A stretch of 64,000 nucleotides of DNA from Octopus vulgaris (lineage: Eukaryota), in NCBI GenBank assembly GCA_951406725.2, contig OX597815.1, forward strand, positions 17,112,001-17,176,000, read 5' to 3'. The position numbers and the translations under genes are program-made. The notes beneath the pieces are model-generated. The model ran no database searches and was not told where the DNA came from. It was given only the letters and a program-made list of their open reading frames with translations. Shown piece by piece: positions 41,483-55,845 of the stretch. The number at the start of each line of letters is the position of its first letter. Position 1 is the stretch's first letter.

Positions 41483-41795
41483 TGCACATACACGCTTGCA
41501 TACACACATACACGCACTCACGCATATACGTATATATGTATTTATTACTCCGTAACACTGACTTGTGTCTCTGCAACATACCTGTGTGTGTGTAATAACA
41601 TATGTGGTATACCCGTCACCATCCAAGCAACTAAAGCTTCCTTTCTTCAAATGCACCTGTTTATATACACTTATTCGCGCCAATATCAAGGAACGAGATA
41701 TCGTAAACACATTCGAAACATTTTCTTCGAAGACATATTCTCTGGTCTGTAGGTTCTGTACGATATCGATCAACAACTTTAATTTATGCAGAAGT

Positions 41796-42348
41796 CGGCG
41801 AGCTGGCAGAAACGTTAGCACGCCGGGCGAAATGCGTGGCCGTATTTCGTCTGACTTTACGTTCTGAGTTCAAATTCCGCCGAGGTCGACTTTGCCTTTC
41901 ATTCTTTCGGGGTCGATAACTTAAGTACCAGTTACGCACTGGTTTCGATATAATCGACTTAATCCGTTTGTTCCCCTGTGGGTAGTAAAGAAATGGGTAT
42001 TTCGTCTGCCGCTACATTCTAAATTCAAATTCCGCCGAGGTCGACTTTGCTTTTCATCCTTTCGGGGTCAATTAAATAAGTACCAGTTACGCACTGGGGC
42101 CGATGTAATCGACTTAATCCATTTGTCTGTCCTTGTTTGTCCTCTCTGTTTTTAGCCCCCTGTGGGTAGTAAAGAAATAGGTATTTCGTCTGCCGCTACT
42201 TTCTGAGTTCAAATTCCGCCGAGGTCGACTTCGCCTTTCATCCTATCGGGGTCGATAAATTAGGTACCAGTTGCGTACTGGGGTCAATCTAATCGGCTGG
42301 CTACCTCCCCCCAAATTTCGGGTTTTGTGCCCAGAGCAGAAAAAGAAT
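41796..42348 (+). mobile_element. SINE family B trimer, last unit with the alternative tail
   Basis: Junctions at about 41996 and 42180; degenerate TSD TTTAATTTATGCAG / TTTAAATTACGCAG. Confidence 0.88.
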
Positions 42349-43119
42349 TTAAATTACGCAGTAAGAGATTTGTGTAAGTACACACTCAATGGATACAATA
42401 ACAACACTTTTCTACGCAACAAAATTTGTAACGCATGGGATGTTTTTGGCAAGGATGTGGGTGCGTAAACAGGTGCCTTCGAAGAAATGGCGTCGTAGCT
42501 GTCCAGAAGATGATGGGTATAGCCGTCAGTGTTATTTTGCACACGAGCATCACGCAGAAACACAAGAATGTATCCTCGTATTATGCATTGTATACTTTCA
42601 TATGTGCGATACAATGAATTTCAGTTTGATTTGTCCACAGGTGAATATTCTCTCTCTGTCTCTCTTTTGTCTCTCTTCTTTCTCTCTCTTCTTTCTCTCT
42701 CTTTCTTTCCCTGTCTCTGTCTCTCTCTCTTGGTACACAGACTTCTATACGCATATACATGCGTACATTACGTACAGTAATGGGTTTTGCAGTAAATCAC
42801 TAAATCATCCATAACTTATGTATTATCCTCTCAAATTACCCATAAATCTCAGACAATAACAAATAATATCGTATTTATTGTCTGTGAAAATTATAGAATA
42901 TAAAACAACTTTGATGAAAAATTATACCTATTTTTCTGACGAAAACAATGCCGTTCTGAACATTTAGGCCGCAATTGTATATATACAGAGATTGTGAGTG
43001 AGCGAGTGAGTGAATAGGGAATATAGAAATAGAAAATATCTGGTTTATACTTTTGGGTTTATAGCTTGCTGGGGAGGATTGCATTTGAATAAATAATAAT
43101 TATAACTTCGATAGTAATA

Positions 43120-43405
<286 letters not shown>

Positions 43406-44261
43406 AATTTTATTATTCTTTAACAAGAATAGTATTGACAGTGACTCGGAAGTTTCTGCCCGCTAAGCCACCTTCGGACTGACTGTATTGCAATAGTAAT
43501 CGGATACGTAGTGATCGAATATAAAGCGACCCAAAGCTACGAGAAGATCGAAGCGAGCGCGCTTGTATACATCCTACATCTTGCCGTAGTGCATTCAGGA
43601 AAATACCTCCACAGTACTCTTTGGAAATGATGTATAAATTTGCTGTCGTCTTAAATGCCCATATGGACACTTTCCTCAAATATCTGAAGAAATCATCTGA
43701 ATAAGATATTTTCCATCTGCTTATAAAACGAATATTGTTTTCTTTAAATAAAGTAAAAACAGAGACACATACGCGCACACACAGGGACACACATTGATAC
43801 TTTGTATAATTTATTATTTATGCTGTAGTTTAGGTCTTTCATCGAAACCATAAATCTGTTAGCTTCTGACACGTTGGTAATAACATTTTAAATTAGATCT
43901 TTACTAATGCTAACGCATAGAGGTGAGATTAATCTTGGATAAATATGCCAAAGGAAATCTAAAATGCCACTTAGAAATGTTTATGAAGAATAATAGTTGT
44001 ATATTGTATACTAAAAGTAATTTCTTCTCGTTCTCTACTCTCTCACTCTCTCTCTTTCTGCCTCGATGTGTGTTTGTGTGTATATTATATTTTGATATTT
44101 CACTTAGGCAAAGCGACACTAATAATCTGGTGTTAGAATTCAATACACATATGCTTCAGAATAAGGAGCTGGCTGAGTACAGAGCATAATAAGAAATTAT
44201 TGGCGGGTTCATCACGCGTCTTTGTATATACGTACCTATGGAAATAGACCCCCTTTTTTGT

Positions 44262-44293
<32 letters not shown>

Positions 44294-44556
44294 TAGATAT
44301 ATAATAATTGTTTGAGGGAATATAAATCCAAACTTACAGGGAAAAAATTCAATTTAGAAATATTACATCAAATTTCACACAATATAATATATATATACTT
44401 TTTACTTTTTTAAAACTTTTTTACTTGTTTCAGTCATTTGACTTGTGGCCATGCTGGAGCACCACCTTTTAGTCGAACAAATCGACCCCGGGACTTATTC
44501 TTTGTAAGCCCAGTACTTATTCTATCGGTCTCTTTTGCCGAACCGCTAAAATATAA

Positions 44557-44916
44557 AATTATATAAAATTAGAAAAAGACCACCTTTTATCAATTCAAAA
44601 TGAACAATTAAATTACACCATCTAGAAAATCACATATAAAAGAAATATTAAAATTGAAATAACAATAAAATATCAATGATTAAGTAAATTGCAAAAAAAA
44701 AAATTAATAAAAACGTATATAATTGGTAGAATAACGACACGTGTTTCGTGGCTATATTATACACGTTTTTATTATATTTTTTGCAATTTACTTAATCATT
44801 GATATCTTATTGTTATTTTAATTTTAATATTTCTTTTATATGTAATTTTCTAGACGGTGTAATTTAATTGTTCATTTTGAATTGATAAAAGGTGTTTTTT
44901 TTTCTAATTTTATATA
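44557..44916. repeat. Long inverted repeat (about 165-bp arms, about 35-bp spacer), Penelope-like inverted terminus
   Basis: 44557-44720 is the reverse complement of 44757-44916; the spacer reads GAAACACGTGTC on the minus strand. Confidence 0.85.
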
Positions 44917-44934
44917 TGTATATATATATATACA

Positions 44935-45012
<78 letters not shown>

Positions 45013-45136
45013 TAAATTAGAGATAAAACCACTATTAGGCAAACATACAATGAAAAACTTAAGCCAATACATAAGATTAATTAATTTATATTATTTAAAT
45101 ATATATCAAAATTATTAAAAAAGATAATTAATATAA

Positions 45137-45200
45137 CACTACGATCGTTTCATGGCTGTTCAATTCTTAAAATTTTCGAGTTACAGTCATTCTTCAAGTG
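45137..45200 (-). ncRNA. Type-I hammerhead ribozyme motif
   Basis: Minus strand: CAC UUGAAGA AUGACUGU ... ACAGCCAU GAAAC GAUC GUA GUG; stem II 7 of 8 bp, palindromic stem III. Confidence 0.6.
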
Positions 45201-45683
45201 GTTTACATATATTTAAAATCAAAATAAAAATATCGGCAAATACAAGGTATTTGAAAGTAGCGCCATATCACTTTAGTCAGCTTCTTTTAATATATATGTA
45301 TTATATGTAGAAAAATACAAACTGGGACAAGAACGTAAAACATTTAGAAGACGATACAAAAAACACGGACGGGACATTCGAAGCCTTCAGTCTTCAGTCA
45401 AGAACCGGATCATCCTAACAATTTCGGCTGATAGTATATATATATATAGTTGAGGTGTGTTCTGTTAAGAACGTATTAGAGTACAAATAGAGCTCGTTGG
45501 CATGTGCAGAATAACATGTTTAAACTAAATAAATAGACAACGTGCACATTGCTGCTCATGTCGAACGTGACAACACACACACATACCGAGCGAACTGAAA
45601 CCGTCATCGTTTGTTAGTTTCAAAGGAGCCATGGATGTTGTAGCATGGAAATCTAGATTCACTTACGGAGACTGCAATTAAAT

Positions 45684-45799
45684 ATCGCCTGAGGATATAC
45701 ATATGGGTCTTCTAATACGGATAAATCGTTACATAATTTAATTTGAATTTAAATCCTGTATATACGTAGATCCGTATGTATCGAAACATTTGTAGTGAT
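45684..45799 (+). ncRNA. Type-I hammerhead ribozyme motif with an extended stem II
   Basis: AUCGC CUGAGGA UAUACAUAUGGGUCU ... AGAUCCGUAUGUAUC GAAAC AUUU GUA GUGAU. Confidence 0.6.
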
Positions 45800-46253
45800 T
45801 ATTAAAAAGCTACCTAACCGTTCTTACTTTTCCTTTTGACTCTTTTACTTTTTACGAACCCCAAACCTTTCTCCTCACCCTAAGAGAATAAGGAAGAGGA
45901 AAATAATCTTGTATAACCTCCCCATTTAACTTAGAAGTTTCTACCAACGTAGCCAGAAGCTTCTTGTTGTTAAAAAAGAAACATTTTCCCAGAGGCCATA
46001 AGTATTACAAACTCTTCAACGACCCCCATAATGTCAAGGTAAGGTACTTCTGTCTAGACAATATCGCATCTGACATCGCACGCATTAACAGATGTAAAAA
46101 CGCACCACAAAACCCCCAAATCCAACCTGCAACGGCCGAAAGTTTCTACCACCTGCCTTCTAGTGGGATCCTGCCTCTAAAAAGCTGTTGTATATATAGT
46201 CAAGTCTTGGCTGCTATTTCCAGCGTGGAGGTTTCTCTTAGATACCCTAAATT

Positions 46254-46331
<78 letters not shown>

Positions 46332-46889
46332 CATTTCAGGATAAGCGTTTTATTCATTACTTTTTTTGCCAAATAAAAACACTATATCAAGTAGGAAGAC
46401 ACACGGAGTTGCCAGTGCATGATCCACTGCTGCATTGTGTCCAGGTCTGATTGCAATAAAGATATATAGTGTACATGATCTGTCCTCTTTATTTCGAGGT
46501 AGTATTGTTTGTGTTAAAAAATCTAAAGATATTCTGAGATGTTCCGAAACATTACGAAATTACGAAATATTACGAAACATTATGCATACTTTAAAAACGC
46601 ACAAAAAGACTCTAATATGTTTGCATTCACATATATAGACGTAATCAGGAACGCACATGAACACATATATACGATTTATAATATAAATATAAGTTGCTAA
46701 TTGTAGAATTTACAGTAACTAGAATACGAATGAGGATGAAAATATTATCCTGCATGAGGATATTTTTGATTGAGCCATTGCGTTCTTTATTGTGCAAGAT
46801 AGGGTGCAGCTATAATGCAGCTATAATGTAGCTATGGCTCTTTTGGTTGTTTGGTTAAGCTTGCTTCGCAGCTACATATTTCCGAGATC

Positions 46890-47535
46890 GGAAATGATCC
46901 CCGGACTCAGACCACAGCGGATCGATAAATGCTATAGCAAAGACCGCTTCCCAACAGGAACCTACAGGTTATTAGACTGGTGCATCAGGTAGTACTCGGA
47001 GGAAACCGAGGGTTCTGTGGCCTGCTGCTAATGAGAAAGGAAGATATATAGACTTTGAGAACAAGGTATATCAAGCTCTTTATAAAATGTCAGGATCTAC
47101 AGGGGAGAAAATGGGAAAGTTAGCAAGCTCAATATACTATACAAGAAAGGAATTATCTTACTGATATATGGGACTCGATTAGCGAAGGCGGATGTAAAGT
47201 ATTCGTTGAACATAGTGTGAGGCGACTGTTGGTATTGTTAGGGCGAACTCATCGTAAAGCAAATACCACTATGAGTGATATCCTAACTACAGTGGAAAAG
47301 GTAAGCCACTGGATTTGGTTAAAAAGAGATGATGAGCGATGACTAGAAGAATATTGAGCTATATCTGATAACCAGTTGATCTAGCAAGCAGGGCCTCATT
47401 TCAGTGCGCAATGATGTCGTCGAGAGCTACGCTCCAAAAGGGCACGCATTCTCTCCCGATTACCCCATACACTTGCTGGTTTCCGATATGCTGAGCTTTC
47501 GACTGGTAGCACTTGCATATGCAAGTTGTTTGTAA
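46890..47535 (+). mobile_element. Decayed RLE-type (HERO/NeSL-like) LINE 3' end
   Basis: Translatable SEGGCKVFVEHSVRRLLVLLG...TTVEKVSHWIWLKRDDER resembles the IEVGCRGF...ASxWLWLKR C-terminus of RLE non-LTR elements. Confidence 0.6.
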
Positions 47536-47536
47536 A

Positions 47537-47573
<37 letters not shown>

Positions 47574-48194
47574 TGGTATCATAATCTTGATCATCACCTT
47601 CTTGCTGCTTTCAATGGAGTTCACTCAGTTGTAAGCTTTTTTTTATTAGGGTACCAGTGCGAAGATAACTAGTTTCGGAGATCCTAAAAGAAGACCTTGG
47701 GCGCTGCATTCGCTCTTCTGATTAATCCATTCAAATATTAGTCTATCTAACTCATCTATCTCTAATTAGTATTTAATGAGAAATGTGTATATTAGTGATG
47801 CATCGTAGCGACGAAGAGAGTTGCTATGAGACTGGGAAGTTCAAAAAGTCAATATGAACCCCTTCAGCTCAATTGTCATCATTAATACTTCTGATATTGG
47901 CTATTAATTTTATAGACATATCTATCATCCTTGATGCGTTGAGTAATTTTCACAATATTTTCATATAAAAATGTTGATTTTTCATCTAAAAAACAATCGC
48001 AGAAAATACTGTTTCGTGTCCTCCAGCTCCGATGAATTATTGCTACCGATAGGATAGGCAAAACTTTTCACAGCTTCTTTATTTAATTCTGCCAGGACAA
48101 CGATGAAGTTTCTAAAAAGATTCTATACAGTGAATTATCTGTTGGAAATAGCTGACATATGCCTCTAATATTATACTGTCGTTTTTAAAGCATA

Positions 48195-49722
48195 CGAAGT
48201 CCGGCTGAATTGTTCATAAGGTAACAAAGGCGCTCTCATAGAGTGTGACCAAATGAGGGTTATTTTTCAAGATAGTTCCCCTTACGGTCCACACGCTTCT
48301 TCCATCGGTGAAGAACCTTTAATCCTGTTGGCCCATAAAATAAGCAACAGCAGATATGGCGTCAGCATCATTGAGATACTGATTCCCAGCCAAGTGTTTT
48401 TTCATGGTGGAGAGAAGATGATAGTCAGAAGAGGCCACATCAGGAAAATGGGGAGAGTGATCAACCAGTTCAAAGCTAGTCTTGCACAAAAGCCACTGAA
48501 ACCAAGGATTTGTGTGCTGGAGCATTGTCCTGATGAAACAAAACTCCTTTCTTCAGTTTTCCTGGGCGTTTGGTCTTGATAGCCTTTCGCAATTACTTTA
48601 GGAAGTTGGCATAGTACTCTCCATCGATGGTATGACCCTTTGAAGATAATCAATGAATGCAATGCCTTTTGCATTCCAAAACCTGGAGCCATCAATTTTC
48701 CTCCATATGGAATGATCTTGCACTCCTTTGGAGCAGGTGCGGTGGATTGTCTCTTAGTCTTTGGCTCAAAGTGATGAACCCTTCACTCATATTGGGTGAA
48801 GAAGCGTTCAAGCAAACTAGCTGGATCTGCCTCAAAAACTGTCAGATTTTCTCGTGATACGAGCTGGCAGAACTGTTAGCACACTGGGCAAAATGCATAG
48901 CCGTATTTCGTCTGCCGATACGTTCTGAGTTCAAATTCCGCCGAGGTCGACTTTGCCTTTTGTCCTTTCGGAGTCGATAAATTAAGTACCAGTTACGCAC
49001 TGGGGTCGATGTAATCGACTTAATCTGTTTGTCTATCTTTGTTTGTCCCCTGTATGTTTAGCCCCTTGTGGGTAATAAAGAAACAGATACGATCAGCTTG
49101 GTGCGCTTTTGATCAGATCTCAAAAGATGTGAAACCCCACTGAGCAGAAACCTTCGTTATGCCAAGTACGTTGTACAAAATATTCTCGACTCTTTCACGG
49201 GATATGCTAAAAGCATCGGCTATTTGATTTATACTCATTCGCCAATCATCCATCACCAGCGGTGGTGCCCCAGCATGGCTGCGGCCTTCGGGCTAAAACA
49301 TTTTTAAGGATTTAAGAATGTGTTGAACACGATCAGTGTTTTCCTCGTTGGTGGCAGATGCAGAATGTCCAGACTCTCCCTTCCAGCCCCTAAATTTAGT
49401 TGTCCAGTTTTGCAGTGTTGATAAATCTGGAGCATCATACCCTAACGTAGCAACCATGTCAGCATGAATGTCGTTGGGGGGGGGGGGGGCTAAACCCCTT
49501 TTCTACTAGTACTTCATAATAACACGATGACAAATTTTGTCGATTTTCGTGAGAAGTCGCTACTAGTTACTCTCAAAGTCTTTGAGCAGTCAGATGTCAG
49601 TTTACCCGGAACGAAACGCTGCAGGTATAAATAAGTAGAGGTGAAATTAATGCATGCAAGAGTTTTCAGCTCTAGCATCCATTCCATTATAGCCAGCCTA
49701 TGAACATTTCAGCCCACCTTCG
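48195..49722 (-). mobile_element. Decayed full-length mariner transposon (transposase pseudogene), interrupted by a SINE
   Basis: TIRs TA|CGAAGTCCGGCTGAATTGTTCATA and TATGAACATTTCAGCCCACCTTCG|TA; fragments DIHADMVATLGYDAP, KVSAQW, HSPHFPDVASSDYHL (degenerate YSPDLAPSDY), KKHLAG. Confidence 0.9.
48859..49087 (+). mobile_element. SINE family B nested in the mariner
   Basis: Family B sequence; GATACGA at both junctions. Confidence 0.9.
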
Positions 49723-49734
49723 TACATATCCGTA

Positions 49735-50147
49735 GGCGCAGGAGTGGCTGTGTGGTAAGTAGCTTGTCTACCAACCACATGGTTCCGGGTTCAGTCCCAC
49801 TGCGTGGCACCCTGGGCAAGTGTCTTCTACTATAGCCTCGGGCCGACCAAAGCCTTGTGAGTGGATTTGGTAGACGGAAACTGAAAGAAGCCCGTCGTAT
49901 ATATGTATATATATATATATATATATGCGTGTGTGTGTGTTTGTCCCCTAGCATTGCTTGACAACCGATGCTGGTGTGTTTATGTCCCCGTTACTTAGCG
50001 GTTCGACAAAAGAGACCGATAGAATAAGTACTGGGCTTACAAAAGAATAAGTCCCGGGGTCGAGTTGTCGATTAAAAGGCGGTGCTCCAGTATGGCCACA
50101 GTCAAATGACTGAAACAAGTAAAAGAGTAAAAGAGTAAAAGAGAGTA
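49735..50147 (+). mobile_element. SINE family A, full length
   Basis: Collinear with the other copies. Confidence 0.92.
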
Positions 50148-51139
50148 TTATCCTTGATTATAACAAGAATGGATGGTTATAACGGGATCACCTTTCATTA
50201 TAAATCTGTTCGATCAAGGCTGACTTGTAGTTAAAAGCAAAAGCAACATCACAAAACTACTCCATGGCCACGTATAAATACTTACAAGTACAACAAATTT
50301 TAACACAATCACATAATTTCCTGGTATTGTCTGTTATATACGAAGAAAAATTAGCAACCTCAGCCTGCTTGCCCAAGTTAATAAATTGAGTTCAATTTTT
50401 AGAAAACGAATTCGTATTTATTTATACGAGTGTATGTTTAAAGAAATAGTTACTATATTCTTTCATCTAAATTTTCCCATTTGTAAATGTGGTTCTCTAT
50501 AATTACGGGAATATGTCTGTATAGTTCTGTATTGCGTGCACGTAAATCTAAATATATCTCTAACATGCTTTCGATCGTGCGTGCACGTATGTATATGTGT
50601 TGGAGGGGTGGTAGAAAAAGAGAGAGTAAGCGAGGGAGTAAGCGTGTATGCATCTGCATTTGTGTTGTGTAGTTTTGCGAATATTCATATTCTCCTATAT
50701 GAGCGAAGGCGGCGTATGCATTCTTGTACGAAAAATGGTTACTGCAGAAATGACCGTAACATATGTATTATTCCCCTACTCCACCAGTCTATGAATCTTT
50801 CTTTACGCATACAATATAACTCTGAGATGCCGCAGACGAACAGCCAGTGTATTAATGCTATCGATCCGCTGCAACAATTACAATTATTGCTTTAAAACTA
50901 ATACTAATTCTTCAAACTTTGTTGTTGCTGTTTTTTTTTTTTTTTCAGCCTTCATTCCATTGACCCACCATACCAGGAAATGAACAAAAGAATCAATTTA
51001 TTAAACAGCTATCCAACTCTCAGATTGCATATTTTGCAACTGTTGGATCTTTTTGAAGTCTGACAGTGTGTGACTCTGGCAGTTATTGTTCTATATTGCC
51101 AAGATCATGAACATCTACACATAATATTTACAAGCATGT

Positions 51140-51140
51140 A

Positions 51141-51182
<42 letters not shown>

Positions 51183-51248
51183 CACACACACACACATATA
51201 TATATATATGTATGCGTATATGTATATATATATATATTATATATATAA

Positions 51249-51312
<64 letters not shown>

Positions 51313-51337
51313 GCATATATCTATATATATATATGCA

Positions 51338-51410
<73 letters not shown>

Positions 51411-51826
51411 TACATGTATATATATATATATATATGTGTATGTGTGTGTGTGTGCCCACGCACTTCTTGCTCATATAAAATAGACACACGTACATATGCA
51501 TACATTCACATCCATATGAACATACGTACATATATCTAAATATATCTACCCATATATTTCTTCATACATATATCCATGCACACAAACATAAACATATGAA
51601 TATTTCATTTGTGTGTGTGAGTGTGTGTGTGTGTGTCTACATATATACAAACAGTTCCATATATATGTACTCATACACATAGTCTTATATATGTATGTAA
51701 ATATATAAAATTTAACCCATATAAATAATGTGAATTTTAGCATTTTGTGTCAGTATGGCCTTCGGAGTAAAATTTGTCTTCAACTACATACATTTGTCTC
51801 TCTCTGTCTCCCTCTCTCTGTCTCTT

Positions 51827-51907
<81 letters not shown>

Positions 51908-52055
51908 GTCTCTCTCTGTCTCTCTCTGTCTCTCTGTCTCTCTGTCTCTCTCTCTCTCTTTATATATATATAGACTATATATAACTATATATAACTAAAT
52001 ATAACTATATATATATATATAACTAAATATATATATAACTATATATATATATATA

Positions 52056-52108
<53 letters not shown>

Positions 52109-52212
52109 CTATATATAACTATATATATATACTATATATATAGACTATATATAACTAACTAACTAACTAACATATATATGTGCGTGTGTGTGTATGTTTG
52201 TATATATAAATA

Positions 52213-52253
<41 letters not shown>

Positions 52254-52341
52254 GCAGGTATGTTTGTGTGTGTGTGTGCGTTGTATGCGTAAATTCAGTG
52301 AATATAAATGAATATGTATGTATACATTTATACACACACAC

Positions 52342-52385
<44 letters not shown>

Positions 52386-52696
52386 GTACATACACACACA
52401 CATCAGTATGTGTGTGTGTTTGTTTGGAGGTAATATTTGTATATATTAGAATGTATATGCAGATCGAGCGAAGGAAGTGTAAGAGGAGGAAAGACCACGT
52501 CTATAGATTTTAAACGATATTATTGTATGCAAAAAAAAAATAATAAAAAAATAAATTAAAAAATAAAGAAACTAAAAGAAATCTAACGAAACATACAAAA
52601 AAAAATTTTTGATTTCTGACGTTCATACGTTTTCCAATTAACTGGAGACCATTCCATCTGAGAATGAAAGTAATGTGCAGACATACACATGTATAA

Positions 52697-52765
<69 letters not shown>

Positions 52766-52790
52766 ATATATATTTTTAAATATATATATT

Positions 52791-52823
<33 letters not shown>

Positions 52824-52861
52824 TTTATAAATATATATGTATATATATATATATATATATG

Positions 52862-52951
<90 letters not shown>

Positions 52952-53036
52952 ATATATATGCATGCTCGCGTGTATGTGTGTGTGAGTTTGTGTTTGTGTG
53001 TACGTGTATGTGTGTGTCTGCACATTACTTTCATTT

Positions 53037-53073
<37 letters not shown>

Positions 53074-53090
53074 GTATGTATGTACGTACG

Positions 53091-53137
<47 letters not shown>

Positions 53138-53245
53138 GTATGTACGTATGTACGTATGTATGTATATATGTATATATATATATATACATAAATAAATATA
53201 TATATTATATGCATATATATATATATATGTATGTATGCATATAAT
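51140..53245. repeat. Extended (TA)n/(TG)n/(GTCT)n/(ATGT)n microsatellite field
   Basis: Directly visible; includes (TA)nACT higher-order units at 51965-52170. Confidence 0.95.
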
Positions 53246-53668
53246 TTTCGTCGAAGAGCCTGTTTAACCATTTAAGAACACACAAAGTCGTTATATTGAC
53301 TTCTCCTTTATTTCTGTACAATGTATTATGAAATGAAATGGTGAAATGGTAACAAGATTTTCGTCGCGTTTGAGAGTTGTGAGACACTAACAAAATTTCT
53401 CACCATCTCAACTACGTAAGTGGCGAAGTCACAGAAATGCAACACAATATTTTAACATACCTTAATGAACGGTCCTATTCAGAAGTATACATGTGAATGT
53501 AACAGTTTTGTGTCTTCCGATGTGGCTACAATTTACTCTTCCACGATGGAATTCTTTCAGTTTCAACGAACACTTTCGTACAGAGTTACGTCAGCCTCTG
53601 AGTATATGTCTGTCTGTCTGATTGTATGCACGGAGGTATCTTTTATATCTTTTGTCTTTTATTGTTTA

Positions 53669-54059
53669 CTAGCAGTATCATCCGGCGTTGCTCGGGTTTG
53701 TAAGGGAAATAACTATATAAGCATTTTTAGAGAGTTATAGCAAAAAAAATAGCAACAAAAAAAATGCATTAAAAATGGAAAAAAAATTATGGTAAAATTT
53801 TTTTTAAATCGTTGACTCATCGTAGACTCTTTAGAGAGTTACTTCCCTTATATAATAGCGAAAAAATGCATTAAAATGGAAAAAAATGATGGTAAATTAT
53901 TTTTAAAATCGTAGACGCGCGCTAATACCCAGAAGGGCTCGATATGAATAACGACTATAAGATACCCGCTTTTGGTTACACTGTACCGCAAAATGTGGGA
54001 GTGGTTAGGAATCTAAATCGTAGGAGACAGACACACAACAAGACTTTTATATATAAAGA
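53669..54059 (-). mobile_element. Non-autonomous Helitron-like element
   Basis: Minus strand A|TCTTTATATATAAAAG ... CTAG|T. Confidence 0.8.
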
Positions 54060-54280
54060 TTTTTGTTAGTCACTGGACTGCAGCCTGGTGTGGTACTGGC
54101 TTGTGGAGAGTTAGTTGAAGAAAACAATCCCAGCACTTACTTTTTTTTAAAGCTTCGTACTTATTCTTTGACCTCAAAAGAGACCCATAGAACTTTGAGG
54201 TTACAGAGAAATAAATAAGTCAACATCGGTTACCAAGCAGTGGTGGGGGACAAATACAAACACAGAGATACATACACACA

Positions 54281-54511
54281 GGCAGCGAGCTGGCAGAAAC
54301 GTTAGCACGCCGGGCGAAATGTGTAGCCGTATTTCGTCCGCCGCTACGTTCTGAGTTCAAATTCCGCCGAGGTCGACTTTGCCTTTCATCCTTTCGGGGT
54401 CGATTAAATAAGTACCAGTTACACACTGGGGTCGATGTAATTGACTTAATCCCTTTGTCTGTCCTTGTTTGTCCCCTCTATGTTTAGCCCCCTGAGGGCA
54501 ATAAAGAAATA
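54281..54511 (+). mobile_element. SINE family B nested in an old family A copy (about 54065-54930 minus)
   Basis: TSD AGATACATACACACAG on both sides. Confidence 0.88.
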
Positions 54512-55125
54512 GATACATACACACAGATAAATACATATACCACACACACACACACACACACACTCACAGATATACAAACTTTTGGCGATGTTATCCCAGC
54601 GTTCTAGCCAGTTCACTCAATATAATCCATTGTTCTGCTGAGCATACATACTTTATGCCGTCTTCACTCGATACAGATAAATACATATAGCACACACACA
54701 CACACACACATACACACGAGCGCATACGCACATACACACACATATACACACACAAGCACATACATGTATGACGGGTTTTTTTTTTCAGTTTCTTTCTACG
54801 AAATTCACTCACCAGACATTGGTCGGTCCGGAGTTATATTAGAAGACACTTGCTCAAGGTGTCGTGCTGTGGCGACCGAATCCAAGACTGCATGGTTTCA
54901 AAGCAAGATTCTCAATTACACAGCCAGGCTTGTGTTTGTTTGTGTGTGATAGGTTTGAGTTACAAAAGTACATTTAAATGCGAAGTCCTCATTACATATA
55001 ACATTGTGTAATCGCTCATTCGCAATTCGAATTTCTCTCTCCAAACTCTAAATCTAATCTTTCCCAGCATGATCTTCTAGGCGAGTAACAAAAGGGACTT
55101 AAATTCTTATCGGAACACAGATGTC

Positions 55126-55574
55126 GGATCTTTTCGGTTTGAACGGCAGTTTTTAAAAATAATTTCCACGTAACTAAACACTTTTAAACTTCGTATACTG
55201 GTAGAATGTGTTTATAAAACATCTTTTTCTCTTGGCTTTATTGAGAAAATTCCATAGTTTGTAAGATATTTGTTGTTTTTTTTCTTAAATTTCTGCAATT
55301 TCAACCAATCAATGACGTCTATTCTGTGCCGTATGAATATGTCCCTCATTTAAGAAACAGATTGGGTTTATTTACATTTGTGAAGAAAAAAAGATACCCT
55401 TCCCCCCACCCCTAACCCTAACCCTAACTAACCCTAGCTAACCCTAATTAACCATAACTAACCACAACCCTAAAACAGATTGAAATGCAATAGATCGATA
55501 CTAGGGTCATAGTTATGGGTGACAATTTCATATGACACCGCTAGAAAAAACTGCTGTTCAAACCGAAAAGAACC
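55126..55574. mobile_element. MITE with about 29-bp TIRs, 8-bp TSD and internal (CCCTAA)n
   Basis: GGATCTTTTCGGTTTGAACGGCAGTTTTT ... AAAAACTGCTGTTCAAACCGAAAAGAACC; TSD CAGATGTC / CAGATGTT. Confidence 0.85.
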
Positions 55575-55639
55575 CAGATGTTGTTTAATGACCACTCATT
55601 GTTACCATCAGTAATGAGGTAAATAATAACGGTTTCAAA

Positions 55640-55845
55640 TTTTGGCACAAGGCTAGCAATTTTGAGGGGAGGGTGTAAGTCGATTACACCGACCCCAGTG
55701 CTCAACTGGTACTTATTTTACCAACCCAGAAAGGATGAAAGGCAAAGTCAGTCCCGGCGGTATTTGAACCCAGAACATAAAAACGGGCGAAATGCCTCGA
55801 AGTATTTTGCCCGGGATACTTACGATTCTGTAAGTTCCTCACCTT
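55640..55845 (-). mobile_element. Old SINE family B-related copy
   Basis: GAAAGGATGAAAGGCAAAGTC motif. Confidence 0.7.

Noticed and set aside
55409-55472. True telomere or fusion site
   Set aside because: Short, degenerate and internal to a TIR element
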